Shown here piece after piece: positions 9,538 through 19,735 of a stretch of 64,000 nt of DNA. The notes under the pieces were generated by a model. The model saw only the letters and a list, made by a program, of their open reading frames with translations. It had not been told where the DNA came from and did not search any database. Each line of letters opens with the position of its first letter. Positions within the stretch are counted from its first letter, which is position 1. A program made the position numbers and the translations under genes. The stretch is from an uncultured Nitrospiraceae bacterium (lineage in GTDB: Bacteria > Nitrospirota > Nitrospiria > Nitrospirales > Nitrospiraceae), in contig CAVSTP010000004.1 of NCBI GenBank assembly GCA_963730935.1, positions 896,001 through 960,000 of the forward strand, read 5' to 3'.

Positions 9538-10164
9538 TCATCCGGTTCTGATGATTTTTTCGGGATAGAAGTACTTCTCGTACACCTCTCTCGCTTTCCT
9601 GTAGTCGTTGTCGGTGACGTACTTGAGTCGATAATTGAATCGACACTTATGGTCTTTTTCGTATTCGTACACGTCTTGAATGAACGACACAATTTGCTCG
9701 AGATCTGACGTCTGGTCGCCCTTCACCAAACCCGCAATCAGATCGCCAGGAATGTCTCCGATCACTTGGACGGTTTCCGCACCGTTCTCAACGCTGGCCT
9801 CGAGCAACGTATTATTGTCCTTCTGACACAGGGCATACCCTCGCTTCAGGTTTTCCACGGCTTCCTGAAACCCTTCCTTAGAAGCCACCTTGGCGCCGAC
9901 CAGGAGCTTCAACTCATCAACGAACACGGTCATATCGCCAAGCTGTCTCTCTAACTCGGTATTTTTCTCCGCTGTCGTATCAAGCCTCGCGTGAAGACTC
10001 GCCTCTTGTTTTTTTGTCTCCTCGACGCCTTGGAGCGGCTCGTGCCCCCTGCCCTCCACGTTCTCCGTCACATAGACGATCATCGCCCCAAAGAACAGCA
10101 AGAGGATCACTTGAACAAGCGACAAGCCAAACACCCAGTTTGAACGCGATTCAGCGTCTCGCAC
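9538..10164 (-). CDS. Single-TM coiled-coil protein, MotB/ZorB-like architecture
   Basis: N-terminal TM WVFGLSLVQVILLLFFGAMIVY, coiled coil, globular C-terminus; overlaps the upstream gene. Confidence 0.6.
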   Translation of the reverse strand: MRDAESRSNWVFGLSLVQVILLLFFGAMIVYVTENVEGRGHEPLQGVEETKKQEASLHARLDTTAEKNTELERQLGDMTVFVDELKLLVGAKVASKEGFQEAVENLKRGYALCQKDNNTLLEASVENGAETVQVIGDIPGDLIAGLVKGDQTSDLEQIVSFIQDVYEYEKDHKCRFNYRLKYVTDNDYRKAREVYEKYFYPEKIIRTG

Positions 10165-11395
10165 CGGAATGCTCCTCGGTGACTCGCTCTTTCATGAAGA
10201 ACAACATGCCCCGCATCGTGGACTCGATCGCTTGGCTCGCTTCGAGGCTTGAACTGATGGATTGCTGCACGTTCGTGAGGCCAGTTCTGACCTCAGCCGC
10301 CATGGAGGCCGACGACAACTCCTTCAGCTCCGTTTCGAATGCTGACAATTGGGCGGAGACCGTCGACACGGCTGATCGCAGCGACTGCAAGCTAGTGAGC
10401 TGGCCATCCAATTCTGAACGGCTCTTTTCCAACACCACGGTCATGTCGATAAATTGTTCCGTTCTGTCCTTGATCTTGTGGGAGAGATCATTGATCGCGA
10501 CGCCCACCCGCCTCGCGGCTTCTGACCCGCAGAGCGACTCACCGAATGTAGTCGCTGTTTCGGCTGCATGCATCAAGCTCGTTTCCAGGCGGTGCGCCGC
10601 CTGTTCGAACCCTTGTCCCTGTTTTCCTACTGCGGCAACGAACTTCGTCACCTCTGCCGTGAGCATTTCCTGGGGGATTCGTATGGCCGAGAGCCGCCCC
10701 AGGATTTCGTGAAGAGAAGATTCAAGGCCTTCGCTCATTGCGTGGGCCATGGTCCGGTGTTGCTCGGCGATCTTTTCGCGCACATCTGCCAATGATCGCA
10801 CAAGATCATGGAGGGTGCCACCAAGATCACTGGCTGCGCGTTCTCTGAAGGAAGTGATTTCCATCGTGGCCTCGTTGATCTGTTGGACGAGAGCCGCCAT
10901 GCGGTGGTCGATCACTTCTTGGCCATGGACGAGCCGATCGGGATGCGTGTCCTGAAATTGGATGATCACCAGCCGAAACAGCATTCCGCAAAATGTCGTG
11001 GCCAACGCGTACCCGAAGGTCGTCAGCAACGCCTCCGTGGTCAATCTGGGGGCTGGCCACAGGACAAACGCTGAGATCAGCGCAAAGATCGCCCAAAGGA
11101 ACCCCATATAGTAGAACGAATCTGCAAACTGGATGGTGTTCTTTTTCGGAAGCGAAAATCCGTAGCCTCCGTAAGCCACGAGGAGGACTGCAAGCACCAG
11201 CATGGTTATCGGCGGTGAAGTCTGTGAGATCGAAGAGTATGCCAAACCTGCGACACCGGCCAGGCTCGTGCATAGCCACGCGGCTCCCAGTTTCAAATGA
11301 CTCAGTGCCGCATCGTCGTTCGAGAGCTCGATTTCTTCCAGTTCATCAGAAGCTGGCGTTGGCCTGTCTAAGGGCACGGTTGGAAGTCGATGCAT
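10151..11395 (-). CDS. 4-TM MotA/TolQ/ExbB-like protein with long helical tail (ZorA-like architecture)
   Basis: YMGFLWAIFALI and FGYALATTFCGMLFRL resemble MotA/ExbB TM motifs; ~265-aa heptad-rich tail; RBS GAGGAGG. Confidence 0.6.
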   Translation of the reverse strand: MHRLPTVPLDRPTPASDELEEIELSNDDAALSHLKLGAAWLCTSLAGVAGLAYSSISQTSPPITMLVLAVLLVAYGGYGFSLPKKNTIQFADSFYYMGFLWAIFALISAFVLWPAPRLTTEALLTTFGYALATTFCGMLFRLVIIQFQDTHPDRLVHGQEVIDHRMAALVQQINEATMEITSFRERAASDLGGTLHDLVRSLADVREKIAEQHRTMAHAMSEGLESSLHEILGRLSAIRIPQEMLTAEVTKFVAAVGKQGQGFEQAAHRLETSLMHAAETATTFGESLCGSEAARRVGVAINDLSHKIKDRTEQFIDMTVVLEKSRSELDGQLTSLQSLRSAVSTVSAQLSAFETELKELSSASMAAEVRTGLTNVQQSISSSLEASQAIESTMRGMLFFMKERVTEEHSGARR

Positions 11396-11468
11396 AACTC
11401 CCTCCTCACCGTTATGCTGAAGGCAGCCTGTTTCGCCCCTATCATCAGGTCTATGTCCCCCTCCAATA

Positions 11469-11486
11469 ACTAGGGATGCCCCTAGT
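11469..11486. promoter_or_regulatory. Palindrome upstream of the MotA-like operon
   Basis: ACTAGGG-ATGC-CCCTAGT, perfect 7-bp arms, contains TAGG-N6-CCTA. Confidence 0.55.
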
Positions 11487-11615
11487 GGAAGGACTGTCAC
11501 TGCAGTCCGTGGTCGTCAGGAGCCCATCACGGCAAGCGATGGTCGGTCGGAGGGTTACCTGAATTAGCCGGGATGAGGAGACGTGATCTTACATGAGGGC
11601 AATAATTAGGAGCCT

Positions 11616-12254
11616 TCACCGGGATCGTAGCAACCACACATGTTCTTTGGCAGGACATTTGCCCTTTAATCCGCCGGGGACGTCAGCGCTCGCAAGGAGC
11701 CTGAGATCATACATGCCTCTGTAATGGCGATTGACTTCCTCGTGGCTGATTGAGAAGGGAGGCCCGTCCATCACGCGTTGATCGTACTGATAGCAGATAA
11801 GCAACTGCGGAGCCTTGTTGGTCAGCTCTGTAAGGTGCGCCGTATATTGAGGCCGCATGGTTTCTGGCATCGCCACCAGCGCTGCCCGGTCATACACGGC
11901 ATCGACCGGACCAAGCAGTGTTCGCGACAACGCAAAGATATCGCCCACGAAGATGTCGAGATGCCGTGCGCTCCACTGATGGACTTCGCCGGCTCCCGAT
12001 ATGTCCGGCTGCAGGCCGAGATCCATGAACAATTGCTCGATCGCCAATTGACTCAATTCCGCTCCGGCAACACGATAGCCATTCGACAAGAGCCACGAGA
12101 TATCACGGGTTTTTCCGCATAACGGAAGAAATATCCGACGGCCTTTTGCCAAAGACAGCTCGTTGAGATATTGCACCAGGAGTGCATTGGGCTTCCCTTC
12201 GTGGAACGCAGTTTCGTTTTTCTCCCACCGTTGGTGCCAAAAGTTTGCATCCAT
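11616..12254 (-). CDS. tpm: Thiopurine S-methyltransferase
   Basis: FWHQRW, FLPLCGKT, YDRAAL, GPPFS. Confidence 0.92.
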   Translation of the reverse strand: MDANFWHQRWEKNETAFHEGKPNALLVQYLNELSLAKGRRIFLPLCGKTRDISWLLSNGYRVAGAELSQLAIEQLFMDLGLQPDISGAGEVHQWSARHLDIFVGDIFALSRTLLGPVDAVYDRAALVAMPETMRPQYTAHLTELTNKAPQLLICYQYDQRVMDGPPFSISHEEVNRHYRGMYDLRLLASADVPGGLKGKCPAKEHVWLLRSR

Positions 12255-12426
12255 GGCGCGGGATTCTTGTAGTTGTGCAATCAATTGTCAATGGCCATAC
12301 CACTGGCCTCCCCCTATGTTTGGCTCGGTCATCTCACAGACAGCAATTCATTGCCAGACCATGGCTTTGTTGCTACGCTCGAATTCGCACGCTGAGTGGT
12401 GAACAAGCACCAAAAGAAAGATTCCC

Positions 12427-13326
12427 ATGTCACCGAACCCATCCTGGGCGATAGAGGACGACGGTTCTTCGAGAGTCCTGTGCATTGGGAACCGCCAGTT
12501 CAGGACCAATTACTCCAGACAAATCATTGAACTCCTCATTACACGCAAGGGACCCGAGCGAGCGTCCCAATTTCTTGTGCATCACGACGCACGCTGCTGG
12601 TTCCTGAAGCCGCTTTTTGAGAGGCTCAATCAGGAACACCGTCAGTTGCGGATTTTGGAGGTCGGCTGCTCGGCGGGGCACCTAACGGAATTCTTGAGTG
12701 AGCAACCCTCCACAGGAGAAATCTACTCGTTTGACGTGGATCGAGCCATGGTCGACGTTGCACGTCTCAAACAGCAAGAACTGAACCTCTGCAAGGTCAA
12801 GCGTGTGGATCATTACACGGTGCAACAGACGCGATCGTTGCCCTACGAGAATGACTTCTTTGATATGGTGATTGCCGCTGCCGTCGTCGAACACTTGCCG
12901 TTTGAATCCAGGCACATGTACGTGGATGAGTACTATCGAGTGCTTCGTGTTGGAGGAGTGGTTGGTTTTTGGGATACCCCTAATCGATACTTTCCTTTCG
13001 AGTCACATTCCGTTGGCCTGCCATTGATCTCGCTGCTTCCGCCTCAAATCGCCTATGCATATGCGAGGCTGTTCAAACATAGCAAGATGAAGGATGTGAA
13101 CTTCCCATTATTTGTTCGCGCTGGTACCGGGTGGAGGAATTCCAGCTATTATGAATTGCTCCCGAAATCCCTCATGATTGATGTGGCAGACGTATCGGAG
13201 GAATTCGGTTATCAGTCGGGATGCGGACGATTCGCCAAGCTCATGGCGAGAATTCTCCGTGTCCCACCAAGCTTCTTCTCTCCACGCCTCAATGTGGTGT
13301 TCCGGAAACTCCGACAATACGAGTGA
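12427..13326 (+). CDS. Class I SAM-dependent methyltransferase
   Basis: ILEVGCSAG; FFDMVI..VVEH; RVLRVGG; TPNRYFP. Confidence 0.85.
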   Translation: MSPNPSWAIEDDGSSRVLCIGNRQFRTNYSRQIIELLITRKGPERASQFLVHHDARCWFLKPLFERLNQEHRQLRILEVGCSAGHLTEFLSEQPSTGEIYSFDVDRAMVDVARLKQQELNLCKVKRVDHYTVQQTRSLPYENDFFDMVIAAAVVEHLPFESRHMYVDEYYRVLRVGGVVGFWDTPNRYFPFESHSVGLPLISLLPPQIAYAYARLFKHSKMKDVNFPLFVRAGTGWRNSSYYELLPKSLMIDVADVSEEFGYQSGCGRFAKLMARILRVPPSFFSPRLNVVFRKLRQYE

Positions 13327-13357
13327 GCGCGGAGTTAACCCGGCGCTCCCCCATCTA

Positions 13358-13708
13358 TCACTTGTTCGACTTGCAACCAAACCAGAAGAAGGTTGATGAG
13401 ATGACGCCGACAACGGCGAAGAAGACCATCGGCTGCCATTTCCCATGAAGAAAACTGAGAGCGGCCAGGGCAACGACGACGACCCACCATTTGACGAATT
13501 TCTTCACGCGCCCCTGTAACGAGAACCGGTCCGATCGTCCTAACGTCCGGCCCACCGCGATCGACGCGAGTCCTCCCATAACCGCCGCTACGTACAGCCA
13601 CTCCTCTCTGTCCGACATCATCGAGAAGACAAGGCCCAGGGCGATTGCGAAGGGGGTCCACTGAATCAATCGATCAGAGCCTGACCCCGTTTGCTCTGCG
13701 ACCGGCAT
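13358..13708 (-). CDS. Small membrane protein
   Basis: Four hydrophobic segments; directly follows the YihY gene. Confidence 0.55.
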   Translation of the reverse strand: MPVAEQTGSGSDRLIQWTPFAIALGLVFSMMSDREEWLYVAAVMGGLASIAVGRTLGRSDRFSLQGRVKKFVKWWVVVVALAALSFLHGKWQPMVFFAVVGVISSTFFWFGCKSNK

Positions 13709-13715
13709 TGACGTG

Positions 13716-14726
13716 TTATCGCTGTCCGCTTCGCTGGATGGAGTGCTGTTCCGCCTCATTGCTTTTGGCCGGCTCTCCGACTGCAACGGCATCGTCGGCA
13801 GCGACCAACCGGGAGCCGCACTCGCTGGCATAGACCGCCGTGAACTCTGCGCCCAACAAGAGGATTTGAGCGGAGTAGAAGGCCCACAATAGAATGACTA
13901 CCAGCGGACCGGCGGTCCCGTACAACGACACAATGATCGTCTTGCCGAGATACAAGATTATGAGCCATCTGCCCACGGAAAATAAGGCGGCAGTAACCGC
14001 TGCACCGATCCACACATCGGCCCAGGCGACCTTGGCTTGAGGCAGCAGCTTGAAGATCAGGGCAAACAGGACCATGACGCCCGCGAACGAGATCACGCCG
14101 ACGATGACATTGTTCCTTAGAGCGGTGCCGGGAAGGTGCGAGGCGAACGCTTCGACACCGGCCACGAGAACGAGCGATACGAGGAGAAGAAAGGCCGTTC
14201 CGAGCACCCCCAAGATCGACAGGAACCGGCGTCGGAAGTGACTCAGGGTTCCTCCCCCCCGTTTCGGTTTCACCCCCCAAATCGAGTTCAACGCGTCCTG
14301 CAGCACATCAAAGGCGCCCGCCAGTGCGAAGAACAGTACGGCCACCTCCACCATCGTGGCCAACGCTCCCGAGCCATTTTTCTGCCAGCTGTCAAGAAGC
14401 TGCGCGATGGCTTGCGAGCCCTGCTCACCGATAACCCGCTCGACTTGCTCCAACAGCAGCTGTTCCGCAGCACCCTCCCCGAGGAGAACCGTCGCAAGCT
14501 CCACAACGATGAACATCAGTGGCACGACGGCAAAGGCCGTGTAGTAGGCTAACCCCGCGCCAAATCGTAAGGTGGGATCGTCGTTCCACTTGCAAATGGC
14601 CTTGCGGAACAACGCCCAGAACGTTCGGGGATGCAGGGGACTTCTGTGCTGGCGCGAAGGAACGTACCCGTGAGCAGTCTCTGTTGCGCGCTGAGGCCGT
14701 GTCATCGTGGCTTCAGCATGCCTCAA
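13716..14726 (-). CDS. YihY/BrkB family inner membrane protein
   Basis: GAGLAYY; LQDALNSIW; YGTAGPLVVILLWAFYSAQILLLGAEF. Confidence 0.92.
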   Translation of the reverse strand: MRHAEATMTRPQRATETAHGYVPSRQHRSPLHPRTFWALFRKAICKWNDDPTLRFGAGLAYYTAFAVVPLMFIVVELATVLLGEGAAEQLLLEQVERVIGEQGSQAIAQLLDSWQKNGSGALATMVEVAVLFFALAGAFDVLQDALNSIWGVKPKRGGGTLSHFRRRFLSILGVLGTAFLLLVSLVLVAGVEAFASHLPGTALRNNVIVGVISFAGVMVLFALIFKLLPQAKVAWADVWIGAAVTAALFSVGRWLIILYLGKTIIVSLYGTAGPLVVILLWAFYSAQILLLGAEFTAVYASECGSRLVAADDAVAVGEPAKSNEAEQHSIQRSGQR

Positions 14727-14925
14727 ACAACAGGGGAACGTCTATGCGGCAAAGGACTTGAGGCACCTGGCGGTGCACCCCAGAAGTTTGCGTAGTGGAC
14801 CCCCGGCCCGCCTGTCAATTCTGACAGTGTTCTCCCCACCTCTCTGTACCTATACTTTTCGGCGGGAAATGGCTTGGTCTCGGCTGCGTAGAACTCAGAG
14901 ATGTCTCACAGAGGCGGAGGTAGGT

Positions 14926-15348
14926 ATGAAATGGATTATCCTCACCGGATTCCCTGCGATTGCACTGACCTTTACCCTCGGGTGTTCGAGCCTCACCGTC
15001 GTCAAAGAACTCCATGATCAGCGATTCACCTCGACGGACCAACCGGTGGCCCACCTCAGCGCAAGAGTTGGCGGGATTTATCTGTTCTACTATCTTCCTC
15101 TTGTGACCGGAGATTCCGAGCAAGCGGACAGCATCCGCTTTTTCCGTCACGAGCCCGACGTCGAGCGCGTCGTGCACATGGTCACCAAGAAGAGCCAGGA
15201 ATTAGGGGCCACCCACCTCACGGATCTCTATTCCTGGTCGGATAGTGTCTGGGGTTCATTCAGTTTGATCTTCTGGTACCGATGGACCTCTGTCTCTGCC
15301 AATGCCTCGACGTTGCCCCAGGCTCCTGCGCCTCACACCATTCACTAG
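14926..15348 (+). CDS. Hypothetical lipoprotein
   Basis: RBS GGAGG; lipobox TLGC. Confidence 0.7.
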   Translation: MKWIILTGFPAIALTFTLGCSSLTVVKELHDQRFTSTDQPVAHLSARVGGIYLFYYLPLVTGDSEQADSIRFFRHEPDVERVVHMVTKKSQELGATHLTDLYSWSDSVWGSFSLIFWYRWTSVSANASTLPQAPAPHTIH

Positions 15349-15362
15349 ATGGAGGATACACG

Positions 15363-16367
15363 ATGTGGAAAGATCTCGCGGCGGTTGCAGTGCTCACCAT
15401 CGCCATAACACATCCCGTTCAACTCGCGGCTGAGGAAGCGCCAGCCAGTGAGAAATCGCTGGCAGAACAGCTTGTCGATGCGTTCAACGCCGTGTTTGGT
15501 GTCCACCCTGGTATGCGCGCCAATCATCCAAAGGGCGTCGTCCTTGAAGGCACGTTTACGCCGAGTCCTTCGGCGGCATCCTTGACCAAAGCCGCTCACC
15601 TTCAAAAGCGGAAGGCTCCGATTCCAGTGACGGTCCGTTTCTCTGCCGGCTCGGGGCTTCCGACGGTCCCGGATACGAACGATATGCCGCGCGGCATGGC
15701 TGTGAAATTTGCGCTGCCGGACGGAACGAAGACGGATCTCGTCGTCCTGTCCTTCAACGGCTTTCCGGTGGCCAATGCCGAAGAGTTCAGGGACTTCTTG
15801 CTCGCGGTCGCCGCAAGCGGCCCCGACGCTCCAAAACCCACGGAGTTGGAAAAATTCTTGGGGGCCCACCCGGCCGCGAAAGCCTTCGTAGAGACGCCGA
15901 AGCCGCCACCGGTGAGTTACGGCACGCTGCCCTACTTTGGGATCAACGCGTTCAAGTTCACTAACGCCAAGGGAACCGCCACCCACGTGCGTTATCAACT
16001 CCAACCGGTCGCAGGCGACAAATACTTATCCAAAGAGCAGGTCGCAGCGATGGGGCCGGATTATTTGACCGATGAAATACGTGAACGCGTTCGTCGGGGT
16101 CCGGTGAAATTCGACCTGCTTGCACAGGTGGCCGAGCAGGGTGACACGATCGATAATCCTACGATCGTGTGGCCGGATACCCGGAAGAAGGTCAAATTGG
16201 GCACGATCACGATCACCAAGGCAGTGGCCGACAGCCAGGCAGCTGAAAAGAAGCTCCTGTTTGTCCCGGGCGCGTTGGTTCCGGGCATCGAGGCGGCCGA
16301 TCCGATGATCGGCGCACGGTCGGCGGCTTACATTGTGTCGCTCTCGCGTCGAGCCCAGGCTCAATAG
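15363..16367 (+). CDS. Secreted catalase-related peroxidase (SrpA-like small catalase)
   Basis: Signal peptide; RANHPKG; RFS; RGMAVKF; RSAAY proximal Tyr. Confidence 0.9.
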   Translation: MWKDLAAVAVLTIAITHPVQLAAEEAPASEKSLAEQLVDAFNAVFGVHPGMRANHPKGVVLEGTFTPSPSAASLTKAAHLQKRKAPIPVTVRFSAGSGLPTVPDTNDMPRGMAVKFALPDGTKTDLVVLSFNGFPVANAEEFRDFLLAVAASGPDAPKPTELEKFLGAHPAAKAFVETPKPPPVSYGTLPYFGINAFKFTNAKGTATHVRYQLQPVAGDKYLSKEQVAAMGPDYLTDEIRERVRRGPVKFDLLAQVAEQGDTIDNPTIVWPDTRKKVKLGTITITKAVADSQAAEKKLLFVPGALVPGIEAADPMIGARSAAYIVSLSRRAQAQ

Positions 16368-16416
16368 CGGAATAATTGGCGGAGCCAGGGAGGAGATTGC
16401 TCGACTGGCGGAGAGT

Positions 16417-16626
16417 CTACTGGTAGGGAGGAAGCAGCGGACCTGCCCATTCGCCGGAGCAATCGTCGAGCCGCACGGTGATATCCGCCCGTCCATCGTC
16501 TTCTATCGGCCAGACGTAGAACAGGCTACCGACGCTGTAGATTTTGACTGGATGGGACAGAGATCTTGAGGTGGCTCGATGCCAGTACACGCCCACTAAC
16601 TTCGGCCGTTCGGTCGTCCAACTCAT
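16417..16626 (-). CDS. Small hypothetical protein, PxxxGxYW...WxGP family
   Basis: MSWTTERPKLVGVYWHR...GEWAGPLLPP; motif shared with 25521-25745. Confidence 0.6.
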   Translation of the reverse strand: MSWTTERPKLVGVYWHRATSRSLSHPVKIYSVGSLFYVWPIEDDGRADITVRLDDCSGEWAGPLLPPYQ

Positions 16627-16865
16627 GAGCAGCGTATCTATGTCTCGTCGGAGAGTCGCGCCGTGGATGGGGCGCAGTTTGTCAGAGACCTTAATATTGG
16701 TCAAGAAGTCGTTTAGCGGCTCGGGTGGCCCCTTGAGGCCGCTGCGGGCTGAATCTTGGTTCAAGAGAAACGGCCTGCCGGCGATTGGGCGTGCCTAACT
16801 TGTGACCAGACACGCTGCGTTGAAACAGTGGCGATCCAGTGATTCCCACGTGTCGCCAAAAGACT

Positions 16866-17942
16866 CTACTTCGGTTCTTCAGACTTCAACGAAGCCATGT
16901 CGATGGAGAAGCGGTATTTCACATCCGATTTCAGCAGTCGGTCATAGGCCTCGTTGACCTTTTGGATGGGGATCACTTCGATATCGGCCGTGATGTTGTG
17001 TGTTCCGCAAAAGTCGAGCATCTCCTGGGTCTCGGGAATCCCGCCGATGGGTGAGCCTGAGAGGCTCCGGCGCCCCAAGATCAGGCTGAAAGCGGCGACT
17101 TCGAGGGGCTTCTCGGGCGCGCCCACGAGCGTGAGCGTGCCATCGCGACGCAGGAGATCGATGTACGCGTTGATGTCGTGATCGGCTGAGACCGCATCAA
17201 GGATGTAATCGAAGCTGCCGGTCTGCTTCTTCATTTCGTCGCTGTGGCGTGAGATCACCACCTCGTCGGCACCCAAACGAAGCGCGTCGTCCTTCTTATT
17301 AGGCGATGTGGTGAAAACTACCACGTATGCACCAAGCGCATGAGCCAGCTTCACCGCCAGATGGCCGAGCCCTCCGAGACCGACCACGCCAACCTTCTTG
17401 CCTTTAGTGACGCCCCAGTGGCGCATGGGCGAGTACGTCGTAATCCCGGCACAGAGGAGTGGCGCGACCCCGGCGAGATCGAGTTTGGCAGGAACACGCA
17501 GGACAAACCGCTCATCCACCACGATGCCTTCCGAGTAGCCGCCGTAGGTGACGCGGCCAAGATGCTTGTCGGGAGAGTTGTAGGTGAGTTTCACACTCGG
17601 ACAGAACTGCTCAAGACCGGCCTGGCACTCGCTGCAAGTGCGATCGGAATCGACCATGCAGCCGACGGCGGCGAGGTCACCGGCCTTGAACTTCGCGACG
17701 GCCGAGCCAACCCTTGTCACGCGGCCGACGATTTCATGGCCCGGGACGCAAGGATAGACCGTTGGCATGACGCTCTTCCATTCATTGCGCACCGTATGAA
17801 GATCGGAGTGGCAGATCCCGCAAAAGAGGATGTCGATGTGGACATCGCGTTCGGTTGTCTCGCGCCGGGGGATCGTGGTGGAGGCAAGCGATGATGTTGG
17901 GCTGGCAGCGGCGTATGCCTTGGCGTTCCAGGTCTTGGCCAT
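16866..17942 (-). CDS. Zn-dependent NAD(P) alcohol dehydrogenase (CAD/YahK-like)
   Basis: CGICHSD, GHE, GLGGLGH, DVKYRF. Confidence 0.93.
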   Translation of the reverse strand: MAKTWNAKAYAAASPTSSLASTTIPRRETTERDVHIDILFCGICHSDLHTVRNEWKSVMPTVYPCVPGHEIVGRVTRVGSAVAKFKAGDLAAVGCMVDSDRTCSECQAGLEQFCPSVKLTYNSPDKHLGRVTYGGYSEGIVVDERFVLRVPAKLDLAGVAPLLCAGITTYSPMRHWGVTKGKKVGVVGLGGLGHLAVKLAHALGAYVVVFTTSPNKKDDALRLGADEVVISRHSDEMKKQTGSFDYILDAVSADHDINAYIDLLRRDGTLTLVGAPEKPLEVAAFSLILGRRSLSGSPIGGIPETQEMLDFCGTHNITADIEVIPIQKVNEAYDRLLKSDVKYRFSIDMASLKSEEPK

Positions 17943-18094
17943 GATGTGTGCTCCTTCCCAAGGGAGGTTTCAGCGGGTGGAGTAGTATCTAACCGTGGGG
18001 TCCCGTTGTCCAGAAGGTAGAGCGGGGCTAGGGCATAATTTCAGGTGAACTATGCAACCGCATAGGGGGATACCGTTGTTTTAGACTCACATCA

Positions 18095-18664
18095 CTACGG
18101 AAGCCCGGATGCCGGTAGTGATCCTGTGCCCCTCCTAGCACCCGACTTTGCTGGACTCGGATTCAAGCTCGCCGCCATGGCCATCGCTTGACTTATTTTT
18201 TTCTTGGCCTCTGTGAGCGCCTGCTGCTGTCTTGCAATTTCGGCCTGTTGCGTCGTCGGAACTTGAGATGCGAGGCGAGCCAGCTCTTTCTCCAGTGCGC
18301 TGATTCGGGCTTGAAGCGCCTGTATCTTTTGTTCAGTCGCCTGCATCTGGTTGTTCCATGTCTGCATCGCATTGGCATAGGCGGCTTTGGTTGCCGGAGT
18401 GGCGTCATTGGGGACCGGGTGAGGTTTGGAGGCTCGCAGTTGCTCGAGTTGCTGCATCAACGATGTGAGGTCTTGATTCAGTGATGAGATCTGTGCGGCG
18501 AGAGCTTGCAGTTGAGTGACTAACGATTGCGTCGCACCGGAACTTTGGAGGGAAGGAGTGGTAGAAGTTGGAGGCAAGGGTGCCTGCGCCAGGATTTCGA
18601 GCCCACTGATGCCCATAGGCGTGAGGATCATGACGCATATCGATATCACTCGGCGAATTCGCAT
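18095..18664 (-). CDS. Secreted Gln/Ala-rich coiled-coil protein
   Basis: Signal-like N-terminus; long heptad repeats. Confidence 0.65.
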   Translation of the reverse strand: MRIRRVISICVMILTPMGISGLEILAQAPLPPTSTTPSLQSSGATQSLVTQLQALAAQISSLNQDLTSLMQQLEQLRASKPHPVPNDATPATKAAYANAMQTWNNQMQATEQKIQALQARISALEKELARLASQVPTTQQAEIARQQQALTEAKKKISQAMAMAASLNPSPAKSGARRGTGSLPASGLP

Positions 18665-18855
18665 CTTATCCTCTCTTTTCCTCACCGGACTGTCGTTCAG
18701 GACGCCGGCCGAGAATAACAACTTACTCTCATCCGCACAACACCCGCTCTCCTGGGCCCTCCTTGCTTAGCCTGTCCTCTCTCTGTAGATTATCCAAGCG
18801 AACACTGCGGCCGGATCAGTGTCAGAGCAGCGACCTATTTGCCAGGGAGGATCGC

Positions 18856-19722
18856 ATGTTCGTTTCAAAATGGTTCGCTGGTGCTTCGATGGCGATATGG
18901 CTGCTGTTGGCCCTCGGTCCAGCAGTTTCTGCCCAACCATCCCGTCCCGACAACGAAATTACGAAGCTGGCCGATGACGTCTATCTCTTCCGGCACCAAT
19001 TTCATCAGGCCATTTTCATCATGACCCCAGAGGGAGTGATCGTCACGGACCCCATTAGCGCCGACGCGGCGGCCTGGCTGAAGGCCGAGATCAAGAAACT
19101 CACGGATCAGCCTGTGCGCTATGTGGTATACAGCCACCATCACAGCGACCACATCACCGGTGGAAGCGTGTTTGCCGATCAGGCGACGTTCGTGAGCCAT
19201 TCGGCGGCTCGGCCGCCTATTGTGGACGCCGCAGATCCTTCAACCCCGGTCCCGAGTCTCACCTTCACTGACCGGATGTTGATCGATCTCGGGGGCAAAC
19301 ACGTTGAACTGATTTATACCGGCAAAAACCATTCGGACAACAGCTTGGTCCTTCTCCTTCCGCAGCACAAACTCCTGTTTGCCGTCGATTTCATTCCCGT
19401 CGAAACGGTGGCCTATCGCACGATGCGAAGCGACTATCCCGACGACTGGATCGAGTCCCTCAAACGGGTCGAGCAATTGGAGTTCGACACACTGGTTCCC
19501 GGCCACGGAAAGATCGGCAGGAAAGAACACGTGCGTCTATTCCGGGGCTATCTCGAAGATCTCAGGGCGGCCGTCGTCGACCAAATCAAGAAAGGCGCCG
19601 GTCTGGAGGAGGCCAAAAAAGCGGTTCAGCTTCCCAAGTATGAGAAGTGGGCACGGTATGCCGACTGGTTCCCTGAAAATGTGGAAGGGATGTATCGCTA
19701 TTACTCGCAAGCCCAGCGCTGA
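18856..19722 (+). CDS. Secreted MBL-fold metallo-hydrolase
   Basis: SHHHSDH; NHSD; VPGHG. Confidence 0.9.
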   Translation: MFVSKWFAGASMAIWLLLALGPAVSAQPSRPDNEITKLADDVYLFRHQFHQAIFIMTPEGVIVTDPISADAAAWLKAEIKKLTDQPVRYVVYSHHHSDHITGGSVFADQATFVSHSAARPPIVDAADPSTPVPSLTFTDRMLIDLGGKHVELIYTGKNHSDNSLVLLLPQHKLLFAVDFIPVETVAYRTMRSDYPDDWIESLKRVEQLEFDTLVPGHGKIGRKEHVRLFRGYLEDLRAAVVDQIKKGAGLEEAKKAVQLPKYEKWARYADWFPENVEGMYRYYSQAQR

Positions 19723-19735
19723 GAATCAAAAGAAC

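Noticed and set aside
18856..19722. Metallo-beta-lactamase resistance gene
   Set aside because: HxHxDH marks the broad MBL fold only; substrate cannot be inferred
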